Below, piece after piece: positions 28,925 through 38,370 of a stretch of DNA of 64,000 bases (its first letter is position 1; the number at the start of each line of letters is the position of its first letter). The notes beneath the pieces were generated by a model. That model was not told the DNA's origin, ran no database searches, and worked only from the letters and a program-made list of their open reading frames with translations. This DNA comes from a virus (taxonomy: Duplodnaviria > Caudoviricetes), in the IMG/VR virus record IMGVR_UViG_3300017763_003980; one strand, written 5' to 3'. The position numbers were made by a program, and so were the translations under genes.

Positions 28925-31057
28925 ATGGCCGATATTACCGCAGCACGATTAAACAACTTACAATCTAGAATTGAGCTCATACTAGGGCAAGGTAGCGGCA
29001 CCAGCGGTTACGGTCAAACTGTCACAAGCACTCCTGTAAACAATACCAGTGATTTAGTAGATGCTGATCATATTAATAACATTTATACTGATTTGGTAAA
29101 ATCTAGGATACACCAAGTAGGTGTTACAGAAACTGGCATTAGACAAGTTATTGAAGACCTAAATACTATTGCAGAAGAAACTAGCCAACAAGTTAACGAT
29201 GATGGCGTGTTAGCAGGCGATGCAGAAGGTACCCTAAAAGGTATTGCCGATTACGAAACGTTAATGAATAGTATTGAAACTGACAAGCTTTTAGTACATC
29301 CTACACAAGCAGCATTAGAACCTAAAATTACAAGCACACGTACAGCCACATGGAACGGGTTAATATATCATGTATTTACAGTAACATTTGATGACGAACC
29401 ACATAGAAGACATTTCTTTAATGCAGGCGGAGAAATAAGATTATCAGCTAATAACACTGGAGCAGCTACACCTAAAGGATTAGACTGGGCTGCACTATGT
29501 GGTGAAATAGGTGTGATTAAATTTGCATCAACGGTAACTACTGCTACGGGATCAGGACAAGGTTATGCAATAGGTAATAACAGTTTAACATCATCATATC
29601 AAACAGTTTTCTTAAAAACAGGATCAGGAAGCTACAGCGGAGTTTATGCAGGAAACCTGTACACTATTAAAGCAAGAACAGCAAATAACCAAACAATAGA
29701 ATTTAGAGTAGAATTTAACGATGTTGTCACAGATAATCAAATTGATAATAATGTTGACGGTACACTTACAAGCACAGTTCAGCAGTATAGAGCTGTAGGT
29801 GCAACTAGTGTTACAGTTCCTACACCAACTTATTTTACTACAGTACAATTAAGCGGATTTGCTGTACCGCAGGACAATAATACACCTACTTACACAATTT
29901 CTACAGTGCCACAGAGTTCAGTAAATGAAGGCGCTACTATTACGTATACTCTAACTACTAGCAATGTACCTAACAGCACCGCAGTACCGTATACTATCAC
30001 AGGTGTTACTACTAGTGACTTGGACGGACAGCCGCTGACTGGAAACTTTATAGTTCAAAATAATACAGCTTCATTATCTATAGGCATAACATCAGATAAT
30101 TTAACTGAAGGTGCAGAACAAATTACACTCACTCTTAACAATGGTGCTGCATCTAGGACACTACAAATAAATGATACAAGTGTAGCTAATAATGCATACT
30201 ACTATGATCCACACTGGTACAATGAATTTTCAAGTACCTACTTAGCAAATATTCCAAAAGATTCAGCTGTCAATATTGGTAGAACAATCGGTAATCAGCT
30301 GTATAGAGGCAACGGCACTTATCAAAACTCACTAGGACAAACTAGATACGGATTGTTTAGACGTCCTGGAGCAGCAGGTCCTGCGTATTGGACAGAATAC
30401 TGGTACAACACATATCATGCATCAGGACCAAATGAAGATATAACACAACATCCAAGCTGGCCTGCATTTTATAGAGTACTCTTTAGTAGTGCTGATGCAT
30501 CTAAATGGCCAGTAGGGTTTACAGAAAACGGTGTAGCAATACCAAACACACTAGAAAATTGGGAATCATATAGAACTACAATTCAAAACAAAAGATTTAT
30601 CAATGGCGATGGAGTAGGTGATTTTGGTAATAGAGGCACCCCACTTACACAAGTACCTCCGCAACAGCCATCACCACCGTCAGAAAACTTTGCGTTTACA
30701 GTTACTCCAGCAGGCGGCATGAACTTTAATGTTCCAAAGAGCCAAGGAATGCTTACATTTAACTTTACAGTAACATGTACATCAGGATCCGGAAGCTTTA
30801 CAGCTCAAGAAACAAGCAGACCTACTGCAATTCCTGTGGCAGTAGATAATTCGTTTAGTTCAGGCTTTCCGGGACAACCATCTGGGAACACAGCCTCTAA
30901 AACTTATGCTCTAACATCAGGACAGTCAAGAGCAATTGCATTTAAGATCTATCTAGGCGCTGTTGGCACATGGTCTGGTACTTTTGCAATACTTGAGTCT
31001 ACAGGTGCAGGTCAAATGATTAGTAAGGGCTGGGGCGGAACAATCAGGTCAGGTTAA
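28925..31057 (+). CDS. Fibre/virion protein with a conserved N-terminal half and modular C-terminal Ig-like and unknown domains
   Basis: HVFTVTFDDEPHRRHFFNAGGEIRL is shared with 31103..32047; Ig/Calx-beta-like SVNEGATITYTLTT...EGAEQITLTL. Confidence 0.65.
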   Translation: MADITAARLNNLQSRIELILGQGSGTSGYGQTVTSTPVNNTSDLVDADHINNIYTDLVKSRIHQVGVTETGIRQVIEDLNTIAEETSQQVNDDGVLAGDAEGTLKGIADYETLMNSIETDKLLVHPTQAALEPKITSTRTATWNGLIYHVFTVTFDDEPHRRHFFNAGGEIRLSANNTGAATPKGLDWAALCGEIGVIKFASTVTTATGSGQGYAIGNNSLTSSYQTVFLKTGSGSYSGVYAGNLYTIKARTANNQTIEFRVEFNDVVTDNQIDNNVDGTLTSTVQQYRAVGATSVTVPTPTYFTTVQLSGFAVPQDNNTPTYTISTVPQSSVNEGATITYTLTTSNVPNSTAVPYTITGVTTSDLDGQPLTGNFIVQNNTASLSIGITSDNLTEGAEQITLTLNNGAASRTLQINDTSVANNAYYYDPHWYNEFSSTYLANIPKDSAVNIGRTIGNQLYRGNGTYQNSLGQTRYGLFRRPGAAGPAYWTEYWYNTYHASGPNEDITQHPSWPAFYRVLFSSADASKWPVGFTENGVAIPNTLENWESYRTTIQNKRFINGDGVGDFGNRGTPLTQVPPQQPSPPSENFAFTVTPAGGMNFNVPKSQGMLTFNFTVTCTSGSGSFTAQETSRPTAIPVAVDNSFSSGFPGQPSGNTASKTYALTSGQSRAIAFKIYLGAVGTWSGTFAILESTGAGQMISKGWGGTIRSG

Positions 31058-31072
31058 TGGTCGATTCTTTCC

Positions 31073-31080
31073 GATAAATA
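31073..31080 (+). promoter_or_regulatory. T4-like late promoter GATAAATA
   Basis: Lies in the gap before ATG31103, followed by the SD GAGG. Confidence 0.65.
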
Positions 31081-31102
31081 GTATTAGAGAGGTAATTCTT
31101 TA

Positions 31103-32047
31103 ATGCCAAATAAAGTACTAGCATCAAGATTTAATACATTAAAAGCTCGAGTAGACAAGCTACTCGGTCCTGCTACAGAAACAAATCGTAATTCTGCTGA
31201 TTATCGATTTGGGTATGGCGAAGCAATTGGCGACAATGTTGCTCAATCAAGCAGTAATGATCTTATTGATGCTCTAGCATATAAAAAACTTTATATGAAT
31301 ATACAAAAAGTACGCTATCATCAAGTAGGTACAGCAGCTTTTACGGCTGAAGCATATAAAGTAGGAGATTATCTATCAAACCTAGCTAATACTGATAAGG
31401 TTGAGGAAGCGTATACTATTGGTTTAGAAACACTTGCTACCAATATGGAAAATGATAAGTTATTGTTACATTCTACGCAAGCAGAAGTAACAATTTGTGA
31501 TCATGCTGAAAGTTCATACGGATCTTGGAACGGATCAATTAATCATATATTCACAGTAACATTCACCAGTGCTCAAGCTAGACGTGAATATTTTAACGCT
31601 GGCGGCCAAATTAGATTTCAGCCCAGCATGTCATATTCTGGCTCACAAGCAAAAACACTTGATTGGAAAAACATGTTAGCATCTATTGGTAGTGTAGATT
31701 TTGGTTGTGTAGGAACATATTCGTCTAACGGCTTTGGCCAAGAATACGGAGGCATTGGACACGAAATTATGACTAGTAGTTATCAAACCGCATATTTCGC
31801 TCAAGGTGGCGGAGTCTACAACCCCAATCAATATAGAATTTATGCTATGGAATTAAGTGATAGTGTACTTCAATTTAAGTGTGAATTTAATGATCCTAGT
31901 TACGGACAACCTGATGAATCTGTATTAGCTGATGTGCGTAATGATACTTTCTTTGTAAGAGCAAACGGCACAGCTCAAATTGATGGAACCCAAACAGTAA
32001 CCGTATCTGTACCCCAACCAACTTCTTCAACTGTATCTGGTTTATAA
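31103..32047 (+). CDS. Virion structural protein, paralogue of the N-terminal half of 28925..31057
   Basis: HIFTVTFTSAQARREYFNAGGQIRF and LDWKNMLASIG match the paralogue; has its own late promoter. Confidence 0.65.
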   Translation: MPNKVLASRFNTLKARVDKLLGPATETNRNSADYRFGYGEAIGDNVAQSSSNDLIDALAYKKLYMNIQKVRYHQVGTAAFTAEAYKVGDYLSNLANTDKVEEAYTIGLETLATNMENDKLLLHSTQAEVTICDHAESSYGSWNGSINHIFTVTFTSAQARREYFNAGGQIRFQPSMSYSGSQAKTLDWKNMLASIGSVDFGCVGTYSSNGFGQEYGGIGHEIMTSSYQTAYFAQGGGVYNPNQYRIYAMELSDSVLQFKCEFNDPSYGQPDESVLADVRNDTFFVRANGTAQIDGTQTVTVSVPQPTSSTVSGL

Positions 32048-32048
32048 C

Positions 32049-32076
32049 TTGACTTTTTAACATTCTATGCTATAAT
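32049..32076 (+). promoter_or_regulatory. sigma70-type (early/host) promoter with extended -10
   Basis: TTGACT (32049-54), 16-nt spacer ending TGC, TATAAT (32071-76). Confidence 0.7.
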
Positions 32077-32089
32077 TATAGTGTCAGAC

Positions 32090-32111
32090 CTTGCCTAGTA
32101 AAGTAGGCAAG
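32090..32111 (+). other. Perfect 8-bp hairpin in the 5' leader
   Basis: CTTGCCTA-GTAAAG-TAGGCAAG; no U-tract on either strand, so not called a terminator. Confidence 0.75.
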
Positions 32112-32144
32112 AATAATATATACTATTACTTATAGGAGTATGGA

Positions 32145-32498
32145 ATGGACGAAAAATTATCAAAAGCATTAGATTATTCTAATTATATGGTCACACTTAA
32201 TAATCAAAAAAGATTATTAGAAGAAAAGTATCAACAAGATCTATTGCATTTTTATAATGGATGTCAGTTTACAGCATCAAAAGAATTAATTAATTTTGTA
32301 AAACTTCTCCTTGATAATCATCAAAATGATATTGCAGTACTCACTGATGATAACGGCATACCTACCATTGTAGAAGATGTTGATAAGTTTTATAATGAAA
32401 TTTTGCAAGTTTATTTTTCAGCATCTAACTCTTATCATACAGAATATATAAAATTAAAAAAGCAGAGAAGTGTAGAAAAATTAATTGAACATGAATAA
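32145..32498 (+). CDS. Hypothetical protein, first gene of the glycosyltransferase operon
   Basis: SD AGGAG upstream; 117 aa, helical; overlaps the next gene. Confidence 0.75.
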   Translation: MDEKLSKALDYSNYMVTLNNQKRLLEEKYQQDLLHFYNGCQFTASKELINFVKLLLDNHQNDIAVLTDDNGIPTIVEDVDKFYNEILQVYFSASNSYHTEYIKLKKQRSVEKLIEHE

Positions 32499-33348
32499 AA
32501 CTAAAGGTGTATTTTTAATTGCAAGAAATAATTCTCAAGTTGACTATGTAAAACAAGCAGTTTTTCTTGCAAAAAGAATTCGAAAATATCTAGATTTACC
32601 TACTACTATATTAACAGATGGAGTAGATTACTTAAAAGAAAATTATGACGAACGTGTGTTCGACAGAATTATTCCACTTGATTATTCTTCAGAAAAAAAC
32701 GAAAAATTATATTTCGACGGAGCATTATATCAAAAGTTGGCAACTTTTAATAATAGACATAGATGTCAAGTATATGATTTAACACCATACGACGAAACAT
32801 TACTATTAGATACAGATTATATTATATCTAATAGCATGCTAGCATCATGTTTTGATTCAAATGATGACTTTTTAATTTATAAAGATTCTATTGATATAGC
32901 ACAAGTGCGTAATGAGCAAGAGTTTAAATATATTAGTGATACAGGTGTACCATTTTATTGGGCTACATGCGTGTTTTTTAGGAAAACAGAAGTAAATAAA
33001 ATCTATTTTGATCTTTTGCAACATATAGAAGAAGAATGGCAACACTACAGAAGAGTTTATCAAATTACTTCCCCTCTTTTTAGAAACGATTTTGCATTTA
33101 GTATTGGAATACATATTATGAATGGGTTTTGCCGAGGAAGTTTTGCAAAACAACTTCCTGGTAAAATGATGTATACTACTGATCAAGATATATTATGGGA
33201 TCTTGACGAAGAAAAAATGACTTTTTTAGTTGAGAAAAAAGACTATAAAGGAGAATACACTGCACTACGCACTAATGGACAAAATATTCATGTAATGAAC
33301 AAGTTTAGCTTAGGTAGAATAATAGATAAGGTATCTGCAAATGAGTAA
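32491..33348 (+). CDS. GT-A fold glycosyltransferase-like protein (GT8/Mnn-like), paralogue 1
   Basis: RCQVYDLTPYDETLLLDTDY DxD motif. ATG32491 is preferred over TTG32485 because of its overlap with the upstream stop. Confidence 0.7.
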   Translation: MNKTKGVFLIARNNSQVDYVKQAVFLAKRIRKYLDLPTTILTDGVDYLKENYDERVFDRIIPLDYSSEKNEKLYFDGALYQKLATFNNRHRCQVYDLTPYDETLLLDTDYIISNSMLASCFDSNDDFLIYKDSIDIAQVRNEQEFKYISDTGVPFYWATCVFFRKTEVNKIYFDLLQHIEEEWQHYRRVYQITSPLFRNDFAFSIGIHIMNGFCRGSFAKQLPGKMMYTTDQDILWDLDEEKMTFLVEKKDYKGEYTALRTNGQNIHVMNKFSLGRIIDKVSANE

Positions 33349-34180
33349 TGGTATACTAGTACTAGCACAAAATAACGAAACAGTTAATTATGTAGAACAA
33401 GCTCAATTATTAGCTATGAGTCTAAGCCATACAAATCCATCTATAAAAATAAGTTTAGTAACTAATGATGATGTAGAATTTAAAAATTTGTTTGACAATA
33501 TTATTCCAATACCGTGGAAGGATGATGCATATTCAACAGATTGGAAGATAGAAAATAGATGGAAATTATATTATGCTAGTCCTTACAATAAAACAATTGT
33601 TATGGACACAGATATGATAGTGTTACAAGACATATCAGAGTGGTGGAAATTTTTAAACAATTATAAATTATTTTTTACTAATAAAGTTTATACATATAGA
33701 GGCGAAATAGCAAAAACAACCCATTATAGAAAAGTGTTTGAAGCAAACAAGCTGCCAAATCTTTATACAGGCTTTCATTACTTTGAAAAATCCGAAGAAG
33801 CTCAAGAGTTTTATCATTGGTTAGAACTAGTAGTTCAAAACTGGCAAGCATTTTATGAAGTGTTCTTAGAAGGTGTTACAAGACCTAAACATATGAGTAT
33901 AGATGTTTGTGCTTCAATTGTAGCTTTAATATTATATTGTTCTTCGGATATTACAAATGATCATGCAAACTTTCCTAGCTTTACTCATATGAAAAAGGAT
34001 TGTCAGGGCTGGGTTGACGGATCTAGCAATTGGCAGGACAGAGTAGGATTTTATATTTCTAAAGACTGTAGAATTAAAATAGGAAATTATGTTCAGTCAG
34101 GAATTTTACATTATACAGAAAAAGACTTTTTAGAGAAAAGTCCTGTAATTGAACGCTATAGGAATTTATTAAATGTCTGA
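33341..34180 (+). CDS. GT-A fold glycosyltransferase-like protein (GT8/Mnn-like), paralogue 2
   Basis: RWKLYYASPYNKTIVMDTDM DxD motif; PSFTHMK and ILHY late motifs; same architecture as the upstream gene. Confidence 0.7.
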   Translation: MSNGILVLAQNNETVNYVEQAQLLAMSLSHTNPSIKISLVTNDDVEFKNLFDNIIPIPWKDDAYSTDWKIENRWKLYYASPYNKTIVMDTDMIVLQDISEWWKFLNNYKLFFTNKVYTYRGEIAKTTHYRKVFEANKLPNLYTGFHYFEKSEEAQEFYHWLELVVQNWQAFYEVFLEGVTRPKHMSIDVCASIVALILYCSSDITNDHANFPSFTHMKKDCQGWVDGSSNWQDRVGFYISKDCRIKIGNYVQSGILHYTEKDFLEKSPVIERYRNLLNV

Positions 34181-35528
34181 TTTGATTGATTTTATAAAAG
34201 AGTTAAAAACAGAAGTTGAACAAAATGATAGTACTTATGTTTACTATGAAAAAGAAAATGGAAACATTGTGTCAATTAGTAGTTCTTTTGACGAAAGTTT
34301 ATTAGACGGCCAAGAAGTAATAAAAGTATCTCAAGAACAAGCATTACCGTTATTAGTTGGTGATAAAAAGACTTCTGATTATGTTGTAATTTATGATATT
34401 GCACAAAAGCAAAAAGTATTAAAAGAAAAAAATTATCAAGATCTTAACAAAGAAGCCGGTGATATGTGTCACAAGCTTCCTTATGTTAGGAAAAATAATT
34501 CTGGACATGTATCTTGTGAAGAGATATACGAAGGAATGGATGTGTTCTTTTGGCAAAAAGCTTTGTCTTATAAAAAGGATGATATAGTTTGGTATAAAAA
34601 CAATGTTTATAAGATACTTGAATCAAATTATAAAGGTAGGGGATTCAGTTTAAAAAAATCTCAACTCATAGTACCTGATGTATATATAACAGATATTCCT
34701 ACGCAAGAACTATCAATTACAAAATTTGTTCACCGCAAAGAATATTTGGGAATACACATAGATGTATGGTACGATTCTTTAGATCATCTAAAAGGACAGC
34801 ATGTATGGTTCGAAAATAATGTTTATAAAATGATCAATGACCAATCATCACACACATGTTTTGATCCTAAAAATGCTGAATTAGTTATAAGAGGCGTTAT
34901 TTTATACAACGACGAAAACCCAGACTTAGATTTTAATCTTGTATTAGGTGATGGAGATCTATTTTTAGATAATAATCAAATCTATAGTGCTAAATTGGAA
35001 ACTGTATCATATTCAAAACAAGCAAATATTTCTGCCAAAGATGTACTTTTTAAAGGAGATAAAAACAATCTTCTATTATGGAGACATCAAACAAAAACTA
35101 CTATGCTAGTTGATAGTACCAAACATACAAAGTCAATGTCAAAAGGAAATGAATTAGAATTGTATGATTCACTTGATCTTAAAAATGGAGAAAAAATATT
35201 ATTAGGTAGTAGACTTTATAGTATAGGATCTAATAAAGATTATGATATAATCATTACACAAAATCTTCCAGAAAAGCATTGGATATTAAGTTTAAATCCT
35301 TCTACATTGAAATTTTTCCAACTATCTAATTATGGACAAGATGATATGCTGTACTTTAGTATTACTTCAAAGCATGATCCTAATATCTTATATAGATCAT
35401 TACAAATACCTTTATCTAAATTAAGACAAAAAGTAATTTTACCTATGGTTCATGACGACGAATTAGAAGATCTAAGTATCTTTACTACAAAGTACTTTAC
35501 AGCATATGGACACGAGGTGGTTACATGA
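34173..35528 (+). CDS. Hypothetical protein with two CBM5/12-like repeats
   Basis: WQKALSYKKDDIVWYKNNVYKI and WYDSLDHLKGQHVWFENNVYKM resemble the W..Y..GD.V.Y....Y carbohydrate-binding repeat. Confidence 0.5.
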   Translation: MSDLIDFIKELKTEVEQNDSTYVYYEKENGNIVSISSSFDESLLDGQEVIKVSQEQALPLLVGDKKTSDYVVIYDIAQKQKVLKEKNYQDLNKEAGDMCHKLPYVRKNNSGHVSCEEIYEGMDVFFWQKALSYKKDDIVWYKNNVYKILESNYKGRGFSLKKSQLIVPDVYITDIPTQELSITKFVHRKEYLGIHIDVWYDSLDHLKGQHVWFENNVYKMINDQSSHTCFDPKNAELVIRGVILYNDENPDLDFNLVLGDGDLFLDNNQIYSAKLETVSYSKQANISAKDVLFKGDKNNLLLWRHQTKTTMLVDSTKHTKSMSKGNELELYDSLDLKNGEKILLGSRLYSIGSNKDYDIIITQNLPEKHWILSLNPSTLKFFQLSNYGQDDMLYFSITSKHDPNILYRSLQIPLSKLRQKVILPMVHDDELEDLSIFTTKYFTAYGHEVVT

Positions 35529-36448
35529 GTAAAACATTTAAAGTAACTGACTATGATATCATTTATCTAAGTTATGATGAGCCAAACGCAGAAAAAAATT
35601 ATGCAGACTTATGTTCAAAAGTTCCTTGGGCTAAAAGAGTGCATGGTGTTGAAGGTTCAGATGCTGCACACAAAGCGTGTGCAGAATTGAGTGAAACAGA
35701 TAGGTTTATCACAGTCGATGGTGACAACATTGTTAATCAAGAATTTTTAAATCAAGAAATTGATTTTGATGAACACGAGGATTTACAACACAGTGTAATT
35801 AGTTGGGCAGGATACAACATTGTTAATGGACTTATGTACGGAAACGGCGGGCTTAAATGTTGGCCTAAAAAGTTTGTGCTAGAAATGAAAACACATGAAA
35901 ATGCCGAACCAGATAATGCACATGCTCAAGTTGATTTTTGTTGGGATATTAATTATATTCAAATGAATAGTTGTTTTAGTTATGTATATAATAATTATAC
36001 TCCACAGCAAGCATGGAGAGCAGGCTTCCGTGAAGGTGTAAAAATGGCACTTGATAGAGGAGTTCGTGTATCAAAAGAAGAGTTTGCACAATTACATTGG
36101 AAAAATTTACATAGATTGTATGTTTGGCTAACAGTAGGAGCAGACACTGAAAACGGATTATGGGCTATATATGGTGCAAGAGAAGGTTTGTATAAAACCA
36201 TGGCAACAGATTGGGACTTTGTAAATGTTCGTGACTTTGAATATTTAAATAACTATTGGAGTGAAGTTGAACCAAAGGTGTCAATGGGAGGACTAGCAGA
36301 CTCTATTGAAGAGCTGGGCAAAAAGTTACTAAATGAACTTGATGTTCCAATTCCTGTAGTTCCATTTAGTCCTGAACAAAGTAAGTTTTTTAAAACAGTA
36401 TACCAGAATCCAGGACGTATGGAACACTTAGTAATAGATAGGGAATAA
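35525..36448 (+). CDS. GT2-like glycosyltransferase, paralogue 1
   Basis: YDIIYLSYDEPNA...AKRVHGVEG..AAH...FITVDGDN DxD; WRAGFREGVKM; paralogous to 45492..46166. Confidence 0.65.
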   Translation: MSKTFKVTDYDIIYLSYDEPNAEKNYADLCSKVPWAKRVHGVEGSDAAHKACAELSETDRFITVDGDNIVNQEFLNQEIDFDEHEDLQHSVISWAGYNIVNGLMYGNGGLKCWPKKFVLEMKTHENAEPDNAHAQVDFCWDINYIQMNSCFSYVYNNYTPQQAWRAGFREGVKMALDRGVRVSKEEFAQLHWKNLHRLYVWLTVGADTENGLWAIYGAREGLYKTMATDWDFVNVRDFEYLNNYWSEVEPKVSMGGLADSIEELGKKLLNELDVPIPVVPFSPEQSKFFKTVYQNPGRMEHLVIDRE

Positions 36449-36449
36449 A

Positions 36450-37676
36450 ATGAGAATACCATTAGCTTATAGAACTGACGATTATGATGTAGGATTTAAG
36501 TATTGTGTTGGCTGGCCTAAAAAATACCTAACAAGTGACTACTTTGTAAGGCAAGAATACGACTCAGGTATGTTTGGTTTATTTGGAGAACCGTTTGATG
36601 TAGTGTTTAAGGATAAGCTAGAAGGTCTTTCTGGGGTAAATGAAAAATACTGCTTTCCAATAATTGTGTCTTTGTCGCAAATATCAAACATTATGGAAGA
36701 ATTTACAATACCTAGAGATGTGTTATCTGATATTAGACAAAACAAATGTAAACTATTAATATTCAATAGTTACGAAGGTTGGTCTTGGGAGTTTTGGGAA
36801 AATAAAGTTATAAACATTCTTAGATCAAAGTATAATTTAGAATTTAATCATTTTGTAATTGTTTCTGCTAATTTGGCTGATACTAACAAATTACAAACTG
36901 TATATAATAACTTTTGGGAAAGACAAACCAAAATGGAAAATTTAGATTATGTAAATGGCATTGGTTCTATATCCATAGCATTAAGAAAGCAACGTAACAA
37001 TAAATTTATTTGTTTAAATAGGCGTCCACATGCAGGAAGGTTTGCAGCAATGACATTACTGCATCCTTATAAAGATCAAGGATATTTGTCGTTTGGAGTG
37101 AACGGTCAAATGTATGACGGCTATTTTGAAGAACAGGAAAGAATGTTTTCTTTAACGTACCCAGAAACAAATAAAATTTATCAAGAAAAGAGTATTAAAA
37201 AAACTCTTCCGTTAGTAATAGATGATGGTGTAAATGCAGAATTAGCAAACCCTGTGCATGATTGGTCTCATGATAAATTTTATGATTCTTTTTTACATAT
37301 TTGTCCGGAAACTTATCAATACTATAAAGAAGGCAGAGTATTCTTTAGTGAAAAAATATGGAAACCTATGATGTTTATGCAACCGTTTGTTCTTATTGGT
37401 GAGCCTAATGGACTAAAAAAATTAAATGAAATGGGATACAAGACATTTGATAAATGGATTGATGAAAGTTACGATACTATAGAAGACAATGAAACACGAA
37501 TATCTAAAGCTGTTGAATCGTCTATTAAGTTTTTTGACAGACCTAATGATCAATTATATAATGATATGGAAAACATGCATAATACCTTATCACATAATAT
37601 AGCCCATCTAACGTATAGAGCACAAATGTCAGACTCTAATCTCCGAAACGACTTAGAAAGGTGGTTATATGCTTAG
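36450..37676 (+). CDS. GT-B-like (GT10/exostosin-like) glycosyltransferase, paralogue 1
   Basis: KFICLNRRPHAGR and CPET...FFSEKIWKPMMFMQPFVLIG motifs shared with three other genes in the operon. Confidence 0.55.
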   Translation: MRIPLAYRTDDYDVGFKYCVGWPKKYLTSDYFVRQEYDSGMFGLFGEPFDVVFKDKLEGLSGVNEKYCFPIIVSLSQISNIMEEFTIPRDVLSDIRQNKCKLLIFNSYEGWSWEFWENKVINILRSKYNLEFNHFVIVSANLADTNKLQTVYNNFWERQTKMENLDYVNGIGSISIALRKQRNNKFICLNRRPHAGRFAAMTLLHPYKDQGYLSFGVNGQMYDGYFEEQERMFSLTYPETNKIYQEKSIKKTLPLVIDDGVNAELANPVHDWSHDKFYDSFLHICPETYQYYKEGRVFFSEKIWKPMMFMQPFVLIGEPNGLKKLNEMGYKTFDKWIDESYDTIEDNETRISKAVESSIKFFDRPNDQLYNDMENMHNTLSHNIAHLTYRAQMSDSNLRNDLERWLYA

Positions 37677-38370
37677 GACCCTATGGACATTCGGATGTAG
37701 CCATACATACGGCCATGGATTAGAAGATTGCATTACAGATGGTAATGGTGCTTCACCTAACCCGTCTCAACTAGGTTATGCAAGTATATTAGCAGAAAAG
37801 CTAAATGTGCCTTTAAAAAATATGTCTCGGCCAGGGATAGGAAACAAGCATATCTTTTTTAGGCTACAGCAAGAGATCTCTAAAAATAGAATTAGAAGTA
37901 ATGATATTGTACTCATACAATGGTCTTACGTTGAGAGAAATTGTATAATAAGGAGTATTGACACTCCTCCCCAACACCACTTTTTTAGCTCTGATAAAGA
38001 AGATGATGTATTAATGCTTGGACCGTGGATAAACCATAAGACTTCTAAAGTTCATTACAAATTTTTGTATAATGAAGCAGATGCTGTATGGCATACAGTA
38101 AATTATATAAATTTAGCACATGCAATTCTCAAAAGTAATGGTATAAATGATACATTACATATAGCTCCACCTTATGGAAATGTTGATCGTACTTTATTTG
38201 ACCTATTAGGAAAACAATATTTAATAGACGGTATACCTATGTGTAAACAAGGCATTACTGACATGGTTGTAGACAAAGCACTTGATAATAATCATCCTGG
38301 TCCAAAAACGCAACAAATCTTTGCCGATCACTTATTTGATAACCACTATCCAAATAAAATTTATAATTAA
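37669..38370 (+). CDS. SGNH/GDSL hydrolase-family protein (possible O-acyl transfer or removal)
   Basis: Block I FGCSHTYG, block II G.GN, block V DNNHPG. Confidence 0.75.
   Translation: MLRTLWTFGCSHTYGHGLEDCITDGNGASPNPSQLGYASILAEKLNVPLKNMSRPGIGNKHIFFRLQQEISKNRIRSNDIVLIQWSYVERNCIIRSIDTPPQHHFFSSDKEDDVLMLGPWINHKTSKVHYKFLYNEADAVWHTVNYINLAHAILKSNGINDTLHIAPPYGNVDRTLFDLLGKQYLIDGIPMCKQGITDMVVDKALDNNHPGPKTQQIFADHLFDNHYPNKIYN

Noticed and set aside
4238-29848. Many short antisense or out-of-frame ORFs inside gp6, the giant gene and the fibre genes
   Set aside because: Shadow ORFs of long coding frames; hydrophobic/Ser-rich antisense composition and no expression signals.
711-32047. Bacterial eCIS/T6SS locus
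   Set aside because: T4-type late promoters, multiple fibres, a giant wedge protein and the phage-type VWA gene indicate a phage genome; no T6SS membrane complex or eCIS ATPase is present.
32090-32111. Rho-independent terminator
   Set aside because: Good stem but no U-tract on either strand, and it lies just downstream of a promoter.
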